This document shows, piece after piece, positions 28,001 to 37,749 of a DNA stretch of 64,000 nucleotides. The translations under genes and the position numbers were made by a program. Below the pieces are notes generated by a model. The model saw only the letters and a list, made by a program, of their open reading frames with translations, was not told where the DNA came from and searched no databases. Location: NCBI GenBank assembly GCA_044229845.1, contig JBGASG010000014.1, positions 1-64,000 on the forward strand. The letters are read 5' to 3'. Source of the stretch: Candidatus Obscuribacteraceae bacterium. Its GTDB lineage: Bacteria > Cyanobacteriota > Vampirovibrionia > Obscuribacterales > Obscuribacteraceae. The stretch's first letter is position 1. The number at the start of each line of letters is the position of its first letter.

Positions 28001-29566
28001 GTGAAACTTTTAATTTTTATAGTCGCATACAATGCGGAGAAGACAATCACGTCAGTCCTTCGCCGCATTCCAGCCTCGCTGATGGAAGAACATGAGACAG
28101 AGGTATTGATCATCGACGATGCTTCGGCCGACAGCACGTTTGAGACAGCCAACCACTTCAAAGCCCAAGAAGAGGGCGAATTCCCCTTCAGGCTGACGGT
28201 GCTTGCAAATCCGGTCAATCAAGGATACGGCGGCAACCAAAAACTGGGCTTTCTGTACGCCATTCGCAACGGCTTCGATGCCGTTGCTCTCGTGCATGGA
28301 GACGGGCAATACGCTCCTGAGGCATTGCCTATGCTCGTGCGTCCGATCGCAGAAGGACACGCCGATGCTGTCTTTGGATCGCGAATGATGACGGCGCTAG
28401 GCGCATTGAGAGGTGGAATGCCGCTCTACAAGTACGTCGGAAACCGGATTCTCACTACATTCCAGAACGTAGTGCTCGGGCACCATCTCAGTGAATATCA
28501 TTCAGGCTACCGAATCTACAGCACGTCCGCACTTAAAAGAATTCCCTTCGAATTGAATTCTAATGTTTTCCATTTCGACACCGAGATCATTATCCAGTTG
28601 ATTTTCGCGAAGCTCAGAATCAAGGAGCTGTCCATCCCGACTTATTACGGTGATGAAATATGTCACGTGAATGGCTTGCGATATGCGTGGGAGGTTTTCA
28701 TCGCCACCATGGTGGCACGCCTGCAATCCTATTGCCTACTTTACCGAGCGCGATTCGACGTACAGCCTACACAAGTTGAAAGCCATTATGAGGCAAAACT
28801 TGATTTCGACAGTCCCCACACCAGAGCCATACAGGCTGTGCCGTCTGGGGCGGTGGTCGCAGACCTGGGATGCGCTTCGGGGTATGTCAGTGCTCCGCTC
28901 AAGAAAAAGAACTGTACGGTTATCGGCATCGATCAGTTTGACGCGTCGCAAAGCGGGACTTTCGATCAATTCGTTCAGCATGATTTGAACGAAGACCATC
29001 TGCCAAGCGAGATTCAAAACGCAGATCACGTTCTAATGCTAGATATCATCGAGCATCTTCTGTCTCCCGAGAAGTTCTTGCGCAAGCTGTCTGCCGCAAG
29101 CAGTCCGGAAACGACCGTCATAATCTCCACTCCCAACATCGCGTTTATAGTCGTCAGATTGATGCTGTTGATTGGCCAGTTCAACTACGGAAAGAAAGGC
29201 ATTCTGGACTTGACGCACACGCGGCTATTTACTTTCGCAAGTTTGAAAGCCGTCTTGGAAGGAAACGGCTTCAGAGTCTTGAGCATGGATGGGATTCCGG
29301 CACCGGTGCCGATGGTTGTGAAAAACGCTTCTCTTGCGGCGCTGCTGCTACGCGTCAACCAAGTGCTGATAGCCCTCGCGCCCGGCTTGTTCTCTTATCA
29401 AATTTTCGCGCTTGCTAAACCGATTCCATCTATCAGCTGGCTCCTGGACCAGACTAACGATTACTCCAGCCAGCGCGCAGCCCTAAGTCCCGAGACTCTC
29501 GAGAGTCTGCAAGCTCACGCAAGCAACAACCTGCAAGTACTGCAACCTACCGCTAAACAAGGCTAG
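28001..29566 (+). CDS. Bifunctional polyprenol-phosphate glycosyltransferase (GT2, DPM1-like) / class I SAM methyltransferase
   Basis: IVAYNAE, IIDDASAD, NQGYGGNQK, HGDGQY, VFGSR and FHFDTE; then ADLGCASG, LDIIEHL and GILDLTH. Confidence 0.87.
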   Translation: MKLLIFIVAYNAEKTITSVLRRIPASLMEEHETEVLIIDDASADSTFETANHFKAQEEGEFPFRLTVLANPVNQGYGGNQKLGFLYAIRNGFDAVALVHGDGQYAPEALPMLVRPIAEGHADAVFGSRMMTALGALRGGMPLYKYVGNRILTTFQNVVLGHHLSEYHSGYRIYSTSALKRIPFELNSNVFHFDTEIIIQLIFAKLRIKELSIPTYYGDEICHVNGLRYAWEVFIATMVARLQSYCLLYRARFDVQPTQVESHYEAKLDFDSPHTRAIQAVPSGAVVADLGCASGYVSAPLKKKNCTVIGIDQFDASQSGTFDQFVQHDLNEDHLPSEIQNADHVLMLDIIEHLLSPEKFLRKLSAASSPETTVIISTPNIAFIVVRLMLLIGQFNYGKKGILDLTHTRLFTFASLKAVLEGNGFRVLSMDGIPAPVPMVVKNASLAALLLRVNQVLIALAPGLFSYQIFALAKPIPSISWLLDQTNDYSSQRAALSPETLESLQAHASNNLQVLQPTAKQG

Positions 29567-29571
29567 TCGAA

Positions 29572-31530
29572 ATGGCTGTCCTATCAGATCGCAAAGATGC
29601 TCCGAAATCCCAGCCGGCTGCTTCGCCCACGCTGGGCGCAAAGGGTACCAGTTTTCCTTCACTTGCCGGCTTAAGTTCAGCCTTCCGCAGCAAAACTCTC
29701 GCACGGCTGCTGACCAGCGACTGGTTTGCGCTGTTGATGCTGCTGGCGCTGCAACTCAGGCTGATGTGGGGCATTTGGGATTTCAAAGACATCTCGCTGG
29801 GAGATTCGCCATCGTATTTCCAGCTGGCTTCTGAGGGGCTCGAAAGCCATCGGGTTCACTTTGCCTGGTCACCACTTTACACCATAACTGGTGCGGTACT
29901 GCTTCACTTCCAGAACCATCCGCTGATGTTTACGACAGGTATGCGGTTGATACTGGTGGCACTCATCACCACCATGGTTTTCTCAATCATGCGCCGGTTG
30001 CTCCCACTGCCGGCGGCATGGTTGGCCTCCGCATGGTTCGCCAGCCTGCCCATATACTTCGACACTCTTTACGAAGTCCATCTGTTTGGCTGTTTGCCGA
30101 CCCTGAGCGCCTGGCTCATTCTGCTCACCTTTCCGGGACGGTGGGGACGCGGAATCGCTTTGGCAACTTTTGCCCTCGGGGCATGTCTCATACGCAATGA
30201 GCTGTCGATTCCATGTGCTATCTTCGGGACGTGTGTACTTGTGTACGAACTCCTCCAGTACAGAGAGCTGAGACGCACAGACAAGCTATCGAACCGCTCC
30301 ATCACCGGTTCGCGGCTACCAGGACTCTTGATACCGTATTTGGTACCGCTTTTGGTCAGCGCGACGATTGTGGGAATCGTCTATGAGCGCTCGACCGCAC
30401 ACTTCCCACTGCTGTCAAAGCATTTCAAAATCAAGCACACTCTTAACGTCTGCCAAATTTATGCTGCCAACTACCAGCAGCGTCATCCTGAGTGGACAAA
30501 TGATCCCTGGACCGGCTATTCCGAACTCATGAAATCGACATTCGGGAAAGTACACGTGACCATGGGCGAGGCGATAGCGCGCAACCCGCGGGCAATGCTC
30601 GACTATTTTGCCTGGAACTCACACCTGATACCATCCGGACTGCAGGTTCTTCTGTTCAACGCTGCTTCCGGGAAGGACAACCCAGACTATGCTCAGGTCA
30701 TCGTCGACGCTCCAAAAGCCATCACATTATCTTGTCTGGTCCTGGCAGCGTTGCTTTCAGGGGCGATCAAAATCTCGCAAGAATTGCCCGACGTAAAACA
30801 ATGGCTCATAGATAGGCAGCGTTATTTTTGCGTGCTGGCCATGACTGCGAGCGCTTGTTGCTCGTTGTTTGTAATGCTGATGCAGCGTCCACGCCCGTCC
30901 TATATTCTTACTTTGGGAGTTTCAATCATTGCTCTGACAGCTTTCTGTTGCTGGCGCCTAGTTCGTAATCTCAAGTTACAACTGCCGGCCGCAATGCTTC
31001 CGACGGTGATGATTTGGATGGTAGTGTTCGCCCCGCCTTACTATGCGATGCTTAGCGCCAATCGCCGTGTCATGTTCGACTATTACACGTTTCTCGTCCC
31101 TTTCAAGCCATTATTCAAGCAGACTCAGGGCGCTATCGTGTTGCCTGACCACGGCATCGATATGGCTCTCTACGTGATAGGCGGCAAAGCCTGTGATCAA
31201 TTCAAATATTGGCGCTCATTTTCTTCGCTGGGCGGTACGCCGAAAAGCGCCACCCAAATTTGCAACACTCTGGATAAAGAGTTCGCAAATTACGTGCTCT
31301 TCGCAGAAGACAACATCGATCAGCCGTCTGTCTCGGATTTCATGCGTAGAGCAAACTCCAAAGGCTGGAGAAATATCGGATTGCAGCGCACGCCGGGAAA
31401 GAGGTTTGCTCTCTTCCAGCGGATTGAGCCCGTCAACTTGTTTGTTTCTGCACCGGCAAAAAACACTCCCGTGAAAGCCGGTTCTGGCGCACCCAGAGAT
31501 CCTGCGTCCAACCGGGCCGGGCAGCTATGA
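29572..31530 (+). CDS. Multipass membrane protein, putative GT-C-fold glycosyltransferase (distinct family)
   Basis: GDSPSY and WSPLY after TM1, many TM spans, large loop; directly follows the GT2-methyltransferase gene. Confidence 0.6.
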   Translation: MAVLSDRKDAPKSQPAASPTLGAKGTSFPSLAGLSSAFRSKTLARLLTSDWFALLMLLALQLRLMWGIWDFKDISLGDSPSYFQLASEGLESHRVHFAWSPLYTITGAVLLHFQNHPLMFTTGMRLILVALITTMVFSIMRRLLPLPAAWLASAWFASLPIYFDTLYEVHLFGCLPTLSAWLILLTFPGRWGRGIALATFALGACLIRNELSIPCAIFGTCVLVYELLQYRELRRTDKLSNRSITGSRLPGLLIPYLVPLLVSATIVGIVYERSTAHFPLLSKHFKIKHTLNVCQIYAANYQQRHPEWTNDPWTGYSELMKSTFGKVHVTMGEAIARNPRAMLDYFAWNSHLIPSGLQVLLFNAASGKDNPDYAQVIVDAPKAITLSCLVLAALLSGAIKISQELPDVKQWLIDRQRYFCVLAMTASACCSLFVMLMQRPRPSYILTLGVSIIALTAFCCWRLVRNLKLQLPAAMLPTVMIWMVVFAPPYYAMLSANRRVMFDYYTFLVPFKPLFKQTQGAIVLPDHGIDMALYVIGGKACDQFKYWRSFSSLGGTPKSATQICNTLDKEFANYVLFAEDNIDQPSVSDFMRRANSKGWRNIGLQRTPGKRFALFQRIEPVNLFVSAPAKNTPVKAGSGAPRDPASNRAGQL

Positions 31531-33254
31531 AGACAGCGCCAGAACCGACCGCCGCAAACTGCCAGACTGCAACTTTTCCTTCAGCGACCACGTCCGGTAT
31601 TCAGCAAGAGAATTGGAAGTGGCAAAACTTCGCCAGTCCGGCGCTATTTGTTTGCCTGGGAGTGGCGCTGATCTGTATTGTGGGGCAAATCGGCTACCAC
31701 GTCCAAACTCTGCACTTCGCCCACTATTCGTACATATATGATCCAGTTTCCTACATGTATATGAACGCAAAAACGTATTTGCGGCTTCAAGATCAGGGAC
31801 TGATTAACACCATCGGTTACGAGTTGCAGAAAAGTTGCTACCCGTGGCGCACTATTCCATTGTTGCTCGTGGCACCAGGTCTTCTGGCAAAGCCACTTGG
31901 GCACATGGCCACAAGCCTGCCCCTAATGGGCTTCTTTGCCGCTCTGCTTGGCTGGACATCATATCGATTCGGCGGCAGCCGCTGGTACGCAGCCGCCGCA
32001 ATGTTTGTCTTACTTGCTATTCCGGGTTTGTTCGATACCAAATTCGGGGTCGGACAAAATTGGCTGGACTTCGCGTCAGCCTGGACGGTGGGAGTGTGTT
32101 ACCTGTGCGCACTCAATCATGAGCGAACCCTGAAAACGAGATGGCTTGTCTTGGCGGCAATAGCACTTACTCTGGGAGCGTGGTGCCGCTATGTCAGTTG
32201 CGTCTATGCTGTTTTAATTTGCGGACCGATGCTGGGATACAACTGGGTAACAGCGTGGCGCAGCCGAAGGCTAACTGCAAGCGCCACCGGCAAGCAAGTA
32301 TTGACTCTTGTGCTGTCCACGGTCTTGCTCGCAGGTCCATTTGCAGTCAGCAGATTTGCCGGCATGTATGTCCGATACACAGAGGTAGGCTACGGACTCA
32401 ACCAGACCGTTGAAGCAGCCTACATCGGGTTGAGCAGTGTCTTGCTGACAGCGCTTCTCACTGTGCCCTTTATCGCGTTCGTTGCCACCATCGCGCTGGC
32501 GATTCTTCTACTTACTCAGTTTCGCGTTACGGCTAGTTTGCTTGTAAATCGTGTGTGGCCAGTGGTGTCCGTGCCGCTTTTGCTTGTACTGGTGCTGCGA
32601 GCTCCCCAGAACGGCTATGTATTGTGGCATGAAATTCCTGTCCTAATCGCGGCAGTAGTTGTTCCTTTGGGAGCGGTCAAGCACAGCCCCATCGTGCCTC
32701 GCATTCTGGCAACAGCAGTACTGGTGGGGACATCAGTGCTCTCCTGGAACAACATTCACCATCACTTGGAGACAGCCGCACATCCATCACTGGACGTTGC
32801 TGAGCTGAAACTTTTAGATCGGCAATTGGCTGATGAGATAGTCAAGCTTCCTGCCAATTCAACCTGGTCTCCATTTTTTGCCGAGTACCACGTAATACCA
32901 AATATGGTGGCATTCTATTCCGACCATAGACTGGCAAGCATTCCAGAGCCGGGACTCTTTACCGAGCACAAAGCATTCTGGGTGCAAGATTATAAAACAG
33001 ACAATCCAGCCGTCATCAGCGCGCGTGTTCTGCAAGGTCTCGAGGCAAACTGCGCAATGGCTGTCGTCTACGATTCGCCGGAATTTATCGACCGCGCCCA
33101 GCAATTAGCTATCTTAGACAACGCGATCAGCATCGAAGTTTCGCGCCAAGTACTCAAGCACCTCGCTGGCAATCACAATTGGCAAAAAACATCTACGATT
33201 AATACCAAACGATTCGGGACGTTGGCAATTTACACGCGGAAAGACGGCCGGTAA
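31527..33254 (+). CDS. Multipass membrane protein, divergent GT-C-like paralogue E
   Basis: YSYIYDPVSY, PWRTIPLLLVAP, GH, LFDTKFGVGQNWLD, LDRQLA and GTLAIY correspond to motifs of paralogues A-D. Confidence 0.65.
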   Translation: MKTAPEPTAANCQTATFPSATTSGIQQENWKWQNFASPALFVCLGVALICIVGQIGYHVQTLHFAHYSYIYDPVSYMYMNAKTYLRLQDQGLINTIGYELQKSCYPWRTIPLLLVAPGLLAKPLGHMATSLPLMGFFAALLGWTSYRFGGSRWYAAAAMFVLLAIPGLFDTKFGVGQNWLDFASAWTVGVCYLCALNHERTLKTRWLVLAAIALTLGAWCRYVSCVYAVLICGPMLGYNWVTAWRSRRLTASATGKQVLTLVLSTVLLAGPFAVSRFAGMYVRYTEVGYGLNQTVEAAYIGLSSVLLTALLTVPFIAFVATIALAILLLTQFRVTASLLVNRVWPVVSVPLLLVLVLRAPQNGYVLWHEIPVLIAAVVVPLGAVKHSPIVPRILATAVLVGTSVLSWNNIHHHLETAAHPSLDVAELKLLDRQLADEIVKLPANSTWSPFFAEYHVIPNMVAFYSDHRLASIPEPGLFTEHKAFWVQDYKTDNPAVISARVLQGLEANCAMAVVYDSPEFIDRAQQLAILDNAISIEVSRQVLKHLAGNHNWQKTSTINTKRFGTLAIYTRKDGR

Positions 33255-33373
33255 GTCAATTCACTAACCGCATCTCATAAGCCAGCCGTCTAATCGTGGT
33301 ACCCTTGACTGCCCGGCGCGGTCCTTAGTCGGTCGGCGCCGGTAAGTGGAACCAAACTCATTGGAACCATCTA

Positions 33374-34153
33374 ATGAATTCAGCTACAGCTGACAATGTG
33401 GGCTTCGATCCCTCGCATTTTGCCAGGCTCGCTCGTGCGGAGGCTGGCAATTTCTGGTTTCGTGCCCGCAACAGGTTGATTCTGTGGTCGGTGGAAAAAT
33501 TCGCCCCGTCAGCGGAAAATTTTCTGGAAATTGGCTGCGGCACGGGTTTTGTGTTGCAAGCGATTGCCGAGCGCTTTCCGAATATGTCGCTTTCCGGCAG
33601 CGAGCTGTTTGCAGAAGGACTGCCTTTCGCCTCAAAAAGAATTCCACAAGCTAGTCTGCGGACGCTGGACGCCAAACAGCTCGACATCGAAAATGAGTTC
33701 GATGCCATCGGCGCTTTTGATGTAATCGAACACATCGACAACGATGTTCTGGTGCTGTCAAACTTGCATAAAGCCCTGAGAATAGATGGGCACCTCTTCA
33801 TAAATGTCCCTCAGCACCAATTTCTCTGGAGTCAATCGGACGAGATCGCCTGCCACTGCCGGCGATACGAACGCCAAGATCTTGTGAAGAAACTCGAATA
33901 CGCCGGTTTTACAGTGGTCTTTGCCACATCCTTCGTAGCGCTCTTGCTGCCGATGATGCTCGTCTCGCGCTGGTGGTCAAATAATGTAGACCGCAGCCAA
34001 TCCGTGCTTTCGGAGTTGGAGATGCGCGGTCCGCTGAACTTTCTGCTGGAGCAAATTTTGAACTTAGAGCTCGCGCTGGTTCGACTGGGCGTTCGTTGGC
34101 CCATGGGCGGCTCACTATATGTGGTGGCACGAAAGCAGAGGACCAGTCTGTGA
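33374..34153 (+). CDS. Class I SAM-dependent methyltransferase
   Basis: FWFRARN, LEIGCGTG, FDVIEHI, VPQHQFLWS and HCRRY. Confidence 0.88.
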   Translation: MNSATADNVGFDPSHFARLARAEAGNFWFRARNRLILWSVEKFAPSAENFLEIGCGTGFVLQAIAERFPNMSLSGSELFAEGLPFASKRIPQASLRTLDAKQLDIENEFDAIGAFDVIEHIDNDVLVLSNLHKALRIDGHLFINVPQHQFLWSQSDEIACHCRRYERQDLVKKLEYAGFTVVFATSFVALLLPMMLVSRWWSNNVDRSQSVLSELEMRGPLNFLLEQILNLELALVRLGVRWPMGGSLYVVARKQRTSL

Positions 34154-35139
34154 CGACTCTCGATGCCACAACGCCGTCAGCGCTTTGTCGCTGGAAGATG
34201 CTGCCCTTTGCCGCATCCAAAGAATGCCTGACTGAATTTAGCGAAAAGCTCTCCGGCAAAACCATCCGATTGACCGAAAACCCCAACGACTGGTGTGCGG
34301 GACTACGCTCTCTTACCTGGGAAACCGAATTTTTTGGATTCGCCAGCGGTCGCCTGGAGCCTTACATCCCGCCTACAGAACAAGATTTAAATCAGCCCGA
34401 GAGAGCAGCGCAATTCGCACTCAAGTGCAAACAAGAGGCGGCGCTAGCCAATCTCGCTCACGTCTCGGTACAGGTCCACGCATCTGACACGATTGCTCAT
34501 CGTGGACTTCAGCAACAAGGCTTTTGCTTAGCTGACACGATAGTCGAGTACCGCAAGAATTTGATGCTAGAAGCGCTTCCTGAGCCGGAGATTGATATAA
34601 CGGTGGCAACTGAAGACGACCGCGGCGCGCTGGCCAGAATCTCGGGAGAGTGTTTTAGCAGAGTTGACTTGAATGCCAATCGCTTTCTAAACGATCCCAT
34701 TTTCCCAATAGCCAAAGTATCCGAAATGTACAGTCTATGGGCAACTCGTTCCTTAGACAAAGTGCTTGCGGACGAGGTATTGGTACACAGAAAAGATGGC
34801 GAAGCGGTGGGTTTCATAACCGTTTCTTTGCCGGGCAAATCAAATGATTTTACCGGCTCAATACCGCTCAATGCGGTTGCTCCGACCTTTCACGGACAGG
34901 GAATCTACACAGAGTTAGTCAAAGCAGCCATGTTGTGGCTGCGCTCGCGCGATGCTCAGTATGTAGAAATCAGAACTCAGCTGCCTAATCAGGGCGTGCA
35001 CAAAGCCTGGTCCAAGCTGGGAGCTTCATTCAGCATGGCCTTCCACACGTTTCACCTGAACTTGAGTAGCGCGCCGATAGACTTGGTAAGCCAAACCAGG
35101 AATGACGCATCTCCCACAAGCCAGACTGGGAGTAAGTGA
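34150..35139 (+). CDS. dTDP-4-amino-4,6-dideoxygalactose acetyltransferase-like GNAT (WecD/RffC-like)
   Basis: LTWETEFFG, RFLNDP, MYSLW, AVAPTFHGQG and TQLPN; the GTG start overlaps the upstream TGA; wecE is nearby. Confidence 0.75.
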   Translation: MTTLDATTPSALCRWKMLPFAASKECLTEFSEKLSGKTIRLTENPNDWCAGLRSLTWETEFFGFASGRLEPYIPPTEQDLNQPERAAQFALKCKQEAALANLAHVSVQVHASDTIAHRGLQQQGFCLADTIVEYRKNLMLEALPEPEIDITVATEDDRGALARISGECFSRVDLNANRFLNDPIFPIAKVSEMYSLWATRSLDKVLADEVLVHRKDGEAVGFITVSLPGKSNDFTGSIPLNAVAPTFHGQGIYTELVKAAMLWLRSRDAQYVEIRTQLPNQGVHKAWSKLGASFSMAFHTFHLNLSSAPIDLVSQTRNDASPTSQTGSK

Positions 35140-35330
35140 TGAAGAGCCTGAGCGTGGCTATTCCAGCCTACCTGAGTCAAGATAGCCTACCCGATTTGGT
35201 CAACGAGTTGGCGCGTTTTCTGCCCCCTATTACTTCCGAGTTTGAGGTGACTGTCGTAGATAACGCCAGTCCCGATAAGGACCTCGTCGGTTGTGCAAGA
35301 ATTTGCGGCAGCAAATCGTCCCGGGGATCC
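35136..35330 (+). pseudogene. Relic N-terminus of an ArnC-like GT2
   Basis: SLSVAIPAYLSQDSLPDLVNELARFLPPITSEFEVTVVDNASPD parallels the next gene's N-terminus; similarity continues in another frame (TSSVVQEFAAAN) and then stops. Confidence 0.65.
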
Positions 35331-35365
35331 GAACCGCCACACAAAATCGAGATGGATGCCACATA

Positions 35366-36523
35366 ATGACGCCAGATCAAAAAAGCAACACCCACATCTC
35401 CCATGCAATGCCTCCCTATGCGGTGAGCGCGGGTCTGCCGGCAGGCGCGCCACTGCGCAGTACAGACACGGAAGCGGGCACGCTGGATGCGAGCGGCCGC
35501 ACCAGTATCAGTATCATCATCCCCGCCTACAACAGCGAAGCCAGCTTACCGCCTTTGATTGAGCGCCTGGCGGCAGTAATGCCTGCGATTGCACCGGTTT
35601 TTGAAGTGATCATCGTTGATGATGGCAGCCGCGACCGTTCTTGGTCAGTGATCTCGCAACTGGCATCGCACATGAGTTTTATCCGCTCTTTCAAGCTGAT
35701 GCGTAACTTCGGACAACACAATGCGCTGCTGTGCGGTATCAGAAATGCTTGGGGTGATGTGATTGTCACCATGGACGATGACTTGCAGCACCATCCAGAA
35801 AGCATCGAGACCCTGCTACGCCAGTTAGAACTGGGTTCTGATGTCGTTTACGGCTATCCGGAAAATCTCAAACATGGATTTTTACGCAATCTCGCTTCTG
35901 AGATCACCAAAGCCGTTCTTCAGAAAGCGATGGGAGCCGGCACCGCCAGACACATTAGCCCGTTTCGCGCCTTTCGCAGCGAGTTACGGGAGGCTTTCGC
36001 CGAACACGGCGGTCCGTTCGTAAACATCGATGTGTTGTTGAGCTGGTCCACTACCAATTTTAGCTACGTCCTTGTACCACATTCCCAAAGGGTCTGCGGC
36101 AAGTCAAGCTATACATTTTGGAAACTGGTCACACATGCCGTCAACATGCTCACAGGATTCAGCATTCTGCCACTACAGCTAGCCACGATTTACGGCTTCA
36201 TCTGCATGGCTTTCGGACTTCTGGCTCTCGCCTACGTCTTCGCCCGCTACTTCCTGGAAGGAGGTTCGGTTGCTGGCTTTCCCTTCCTGGCATCAATTAT
36301 CATCATCTTCTCTGGTGCGCAACTTCTAACCCTGGGTATCATTGGGGAATACCTGGCTCGCATGTACGTGCGTATGTCAAACAGACCGGCGTATGTGGTG
36401 AAAAAGTCATCGACAACCGTCGCGGCACTACAGGCAGTGTCAAACGTCCAGCCGGGCGACCGAGTCCCGCCAATCAGAAACTTGCATGCTCAACAGCCAG
36501 ACGCTAGTTTACTATCCAAATGA
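35366..36523 (+). CDS. ArnC/GtrB-like undecaprenyl-phosphate glycosyltransferase (GT2)
   Basis: IIIPAYNSE, VDDGSRD, RNFGQHNAL, MDDDLQH, and two C-terminal TMs ending LGIIGEYLAR. Start uncertain (35366 or 35408). Confidence 0.88.
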   Translation: MTPDQKSNTHISHAMPPYAVSAGLPAGAPLRSTDTEAGTLDASGRTSISIIIPAYNSEASLPPLIERLAAVMPAIAPVFEVIIVDDGSRDRSWSVISQLASHMSFIRSFKLMRNFGQHNALLCGIRNAWGDVIVTMDDDLQHHPESIETLLRQLELGSDVVYGYPENLKHGFLRNLASEITKAVLQKAMGAGTARHISPFRAFRSELREAFAEHGGPFVNIDVLLSWSTTNFSYVLVPHSQRVCGKSSYTFWKLVTHAVNMLTGFSILPLQLATIYGFICMAFGLLALAYVFARYFLEGGSVAGFPFLASIIIIFSGAQLLTLGIIGEYLARMYVRMSNRPAYVVKKSSTTVAALQAVSNVQPGDRVPPIRNLHAQQPDASLLSK

Positions 36524-37695
36524 ATTACAAAATTCCATTCAACAAACCGCAATTTGTCGGCAGTGAACAAGAATACATAGCGCAAGCCATGAAGCTGGGC
36601 AAAGTATCGGGGGATGGCGAGTTTACGCGTCGGTGTAGCGAGCGCCTCGAGATGCTAGTCGGTGCCAAGAAAGCTCTACTGACGACAAATTGCACCCACG
36701 CGTTAGAAATGTCGGCAATCTTGCTCGACATTCTTCCCGGCGACGAGGTGATTATCCCATCGTTTACATTTGTCTCTACCGTCAATGCTTTTGTACTGCG
36801 CGGCGCCAAACCAGTTTTCATCGATGTACGCCCTGACACTCTAAACATGGACGAGAGGTTGCTTGAGGGTCTGATTACACCGAGGACACGAGCGATCGTG
36901 CCTGTCCACTACGCCGGTGTTGCATGCGAAATGGACACCATCATGGCAATTGCGACAAATCATGGGATTGCCGTAGTTGAGGACAATGCGCACGGACTTT
37001 TCGGTAAATACAGAGGAAGAAACCTGGGCACCTTCGGACGCCTATCCACGCAAAGCTTTCACGAAACTAAAAATATCCATTGCGGCGAGGGCGGCGCCTT
37101 ACTAATAAATGATCAGTCGCTGATCGAGCGGGCTGAGATAATTCGCGAAAAGGGCACCAATCGCAGCCGCTTTTTCCGGGGACAGGTCGATAAGTACACA
37201 TGGGTGGACTTGGGCTCCAGTTACTTGCCGTCAGATATGTTGGCCGCTTTTCTGTACGCCCAGCTCGAAAAATTTGACGTGATTCAGTCAGCCAGAAAGA
37301 AAATCTGGAGGCGTTACGAGAGCGAGCTGGCTGGCTGGGTTCATGGCATTGGAGCAACCATGCCGACTATACCGGTTTATTGCGAACAGCCATTTCACAT
37401 GTTCTACCTGCTGATGCCGTCTCTGGCTGCAAGACAGGCGCTGATTGCTCACATGCGAGAGCTTGGTATTCTGGCTGTCTACCACTATATTCCTCTGCAC
37501 TCATCCGAGATGGGCACTAAATACGGTGCAAAACCAGAAGATTGCCCCGTCACTAGCGACATCAGCGAGCGCCTGGTACGCTTGCCTCTCTATCATGGCT
37601 TGACCGATGAAGAGCAAGAAGCGGTGATTAGCGCCATCCAAGCATTTGATTGCCGCTCGCTATTAGCGCAGCCTAAGAAGATCAGCACTGCATAA
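36520..37695 (+). CDS. wecE: dTDP-4-amino-4,6-dideoxygalactose transaminase
   Basis: IPFNKP, SGDGEFT, CTHALEM, SFHETKN, IIREKGTNR and GQVDKYTWVDLGSSYLPS. Confidence 0.93.
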   Translation: MNYKIPFNKPQFVGSEQEYIAQAMKLGKVSGDGEFTRRCSERLEMLVGAKKALLTTNCTHALEMSAILLDILPGDEVIIPSFTFVSTVNAFVLRGAKPVFIDVRPDTLNMDERLLEGLITPRTRAIVPVHYAGVACEMDTIMAIATNHGIAVVEDNAHGLFGKYRGRNLGTFGRLSTQSFHETKNIHCGEGGALLINDQSLIERAEIIREKGTNRSRFFRGQVDKYTWVDLGSSYLPSDMLAAFLYAQLEKFDVIQSARKKIWRRYESELAGWVHGIGATMPTIPVYCEQPFHMFYLLMPSLAARQALIAHMRELGILAVYHYIPLHSSEMGTKYGAKPEDCPVTSDISERLVRLPLYHGLTDEEQEAVISAIQAFDCRSLLAQPKKISTA

Positions 37696-37749
37696 CACCC
37701 GAGCCTGAATTCGGGAATTCGAGTACCATAGCGCTGGTCACCAAAGCGC

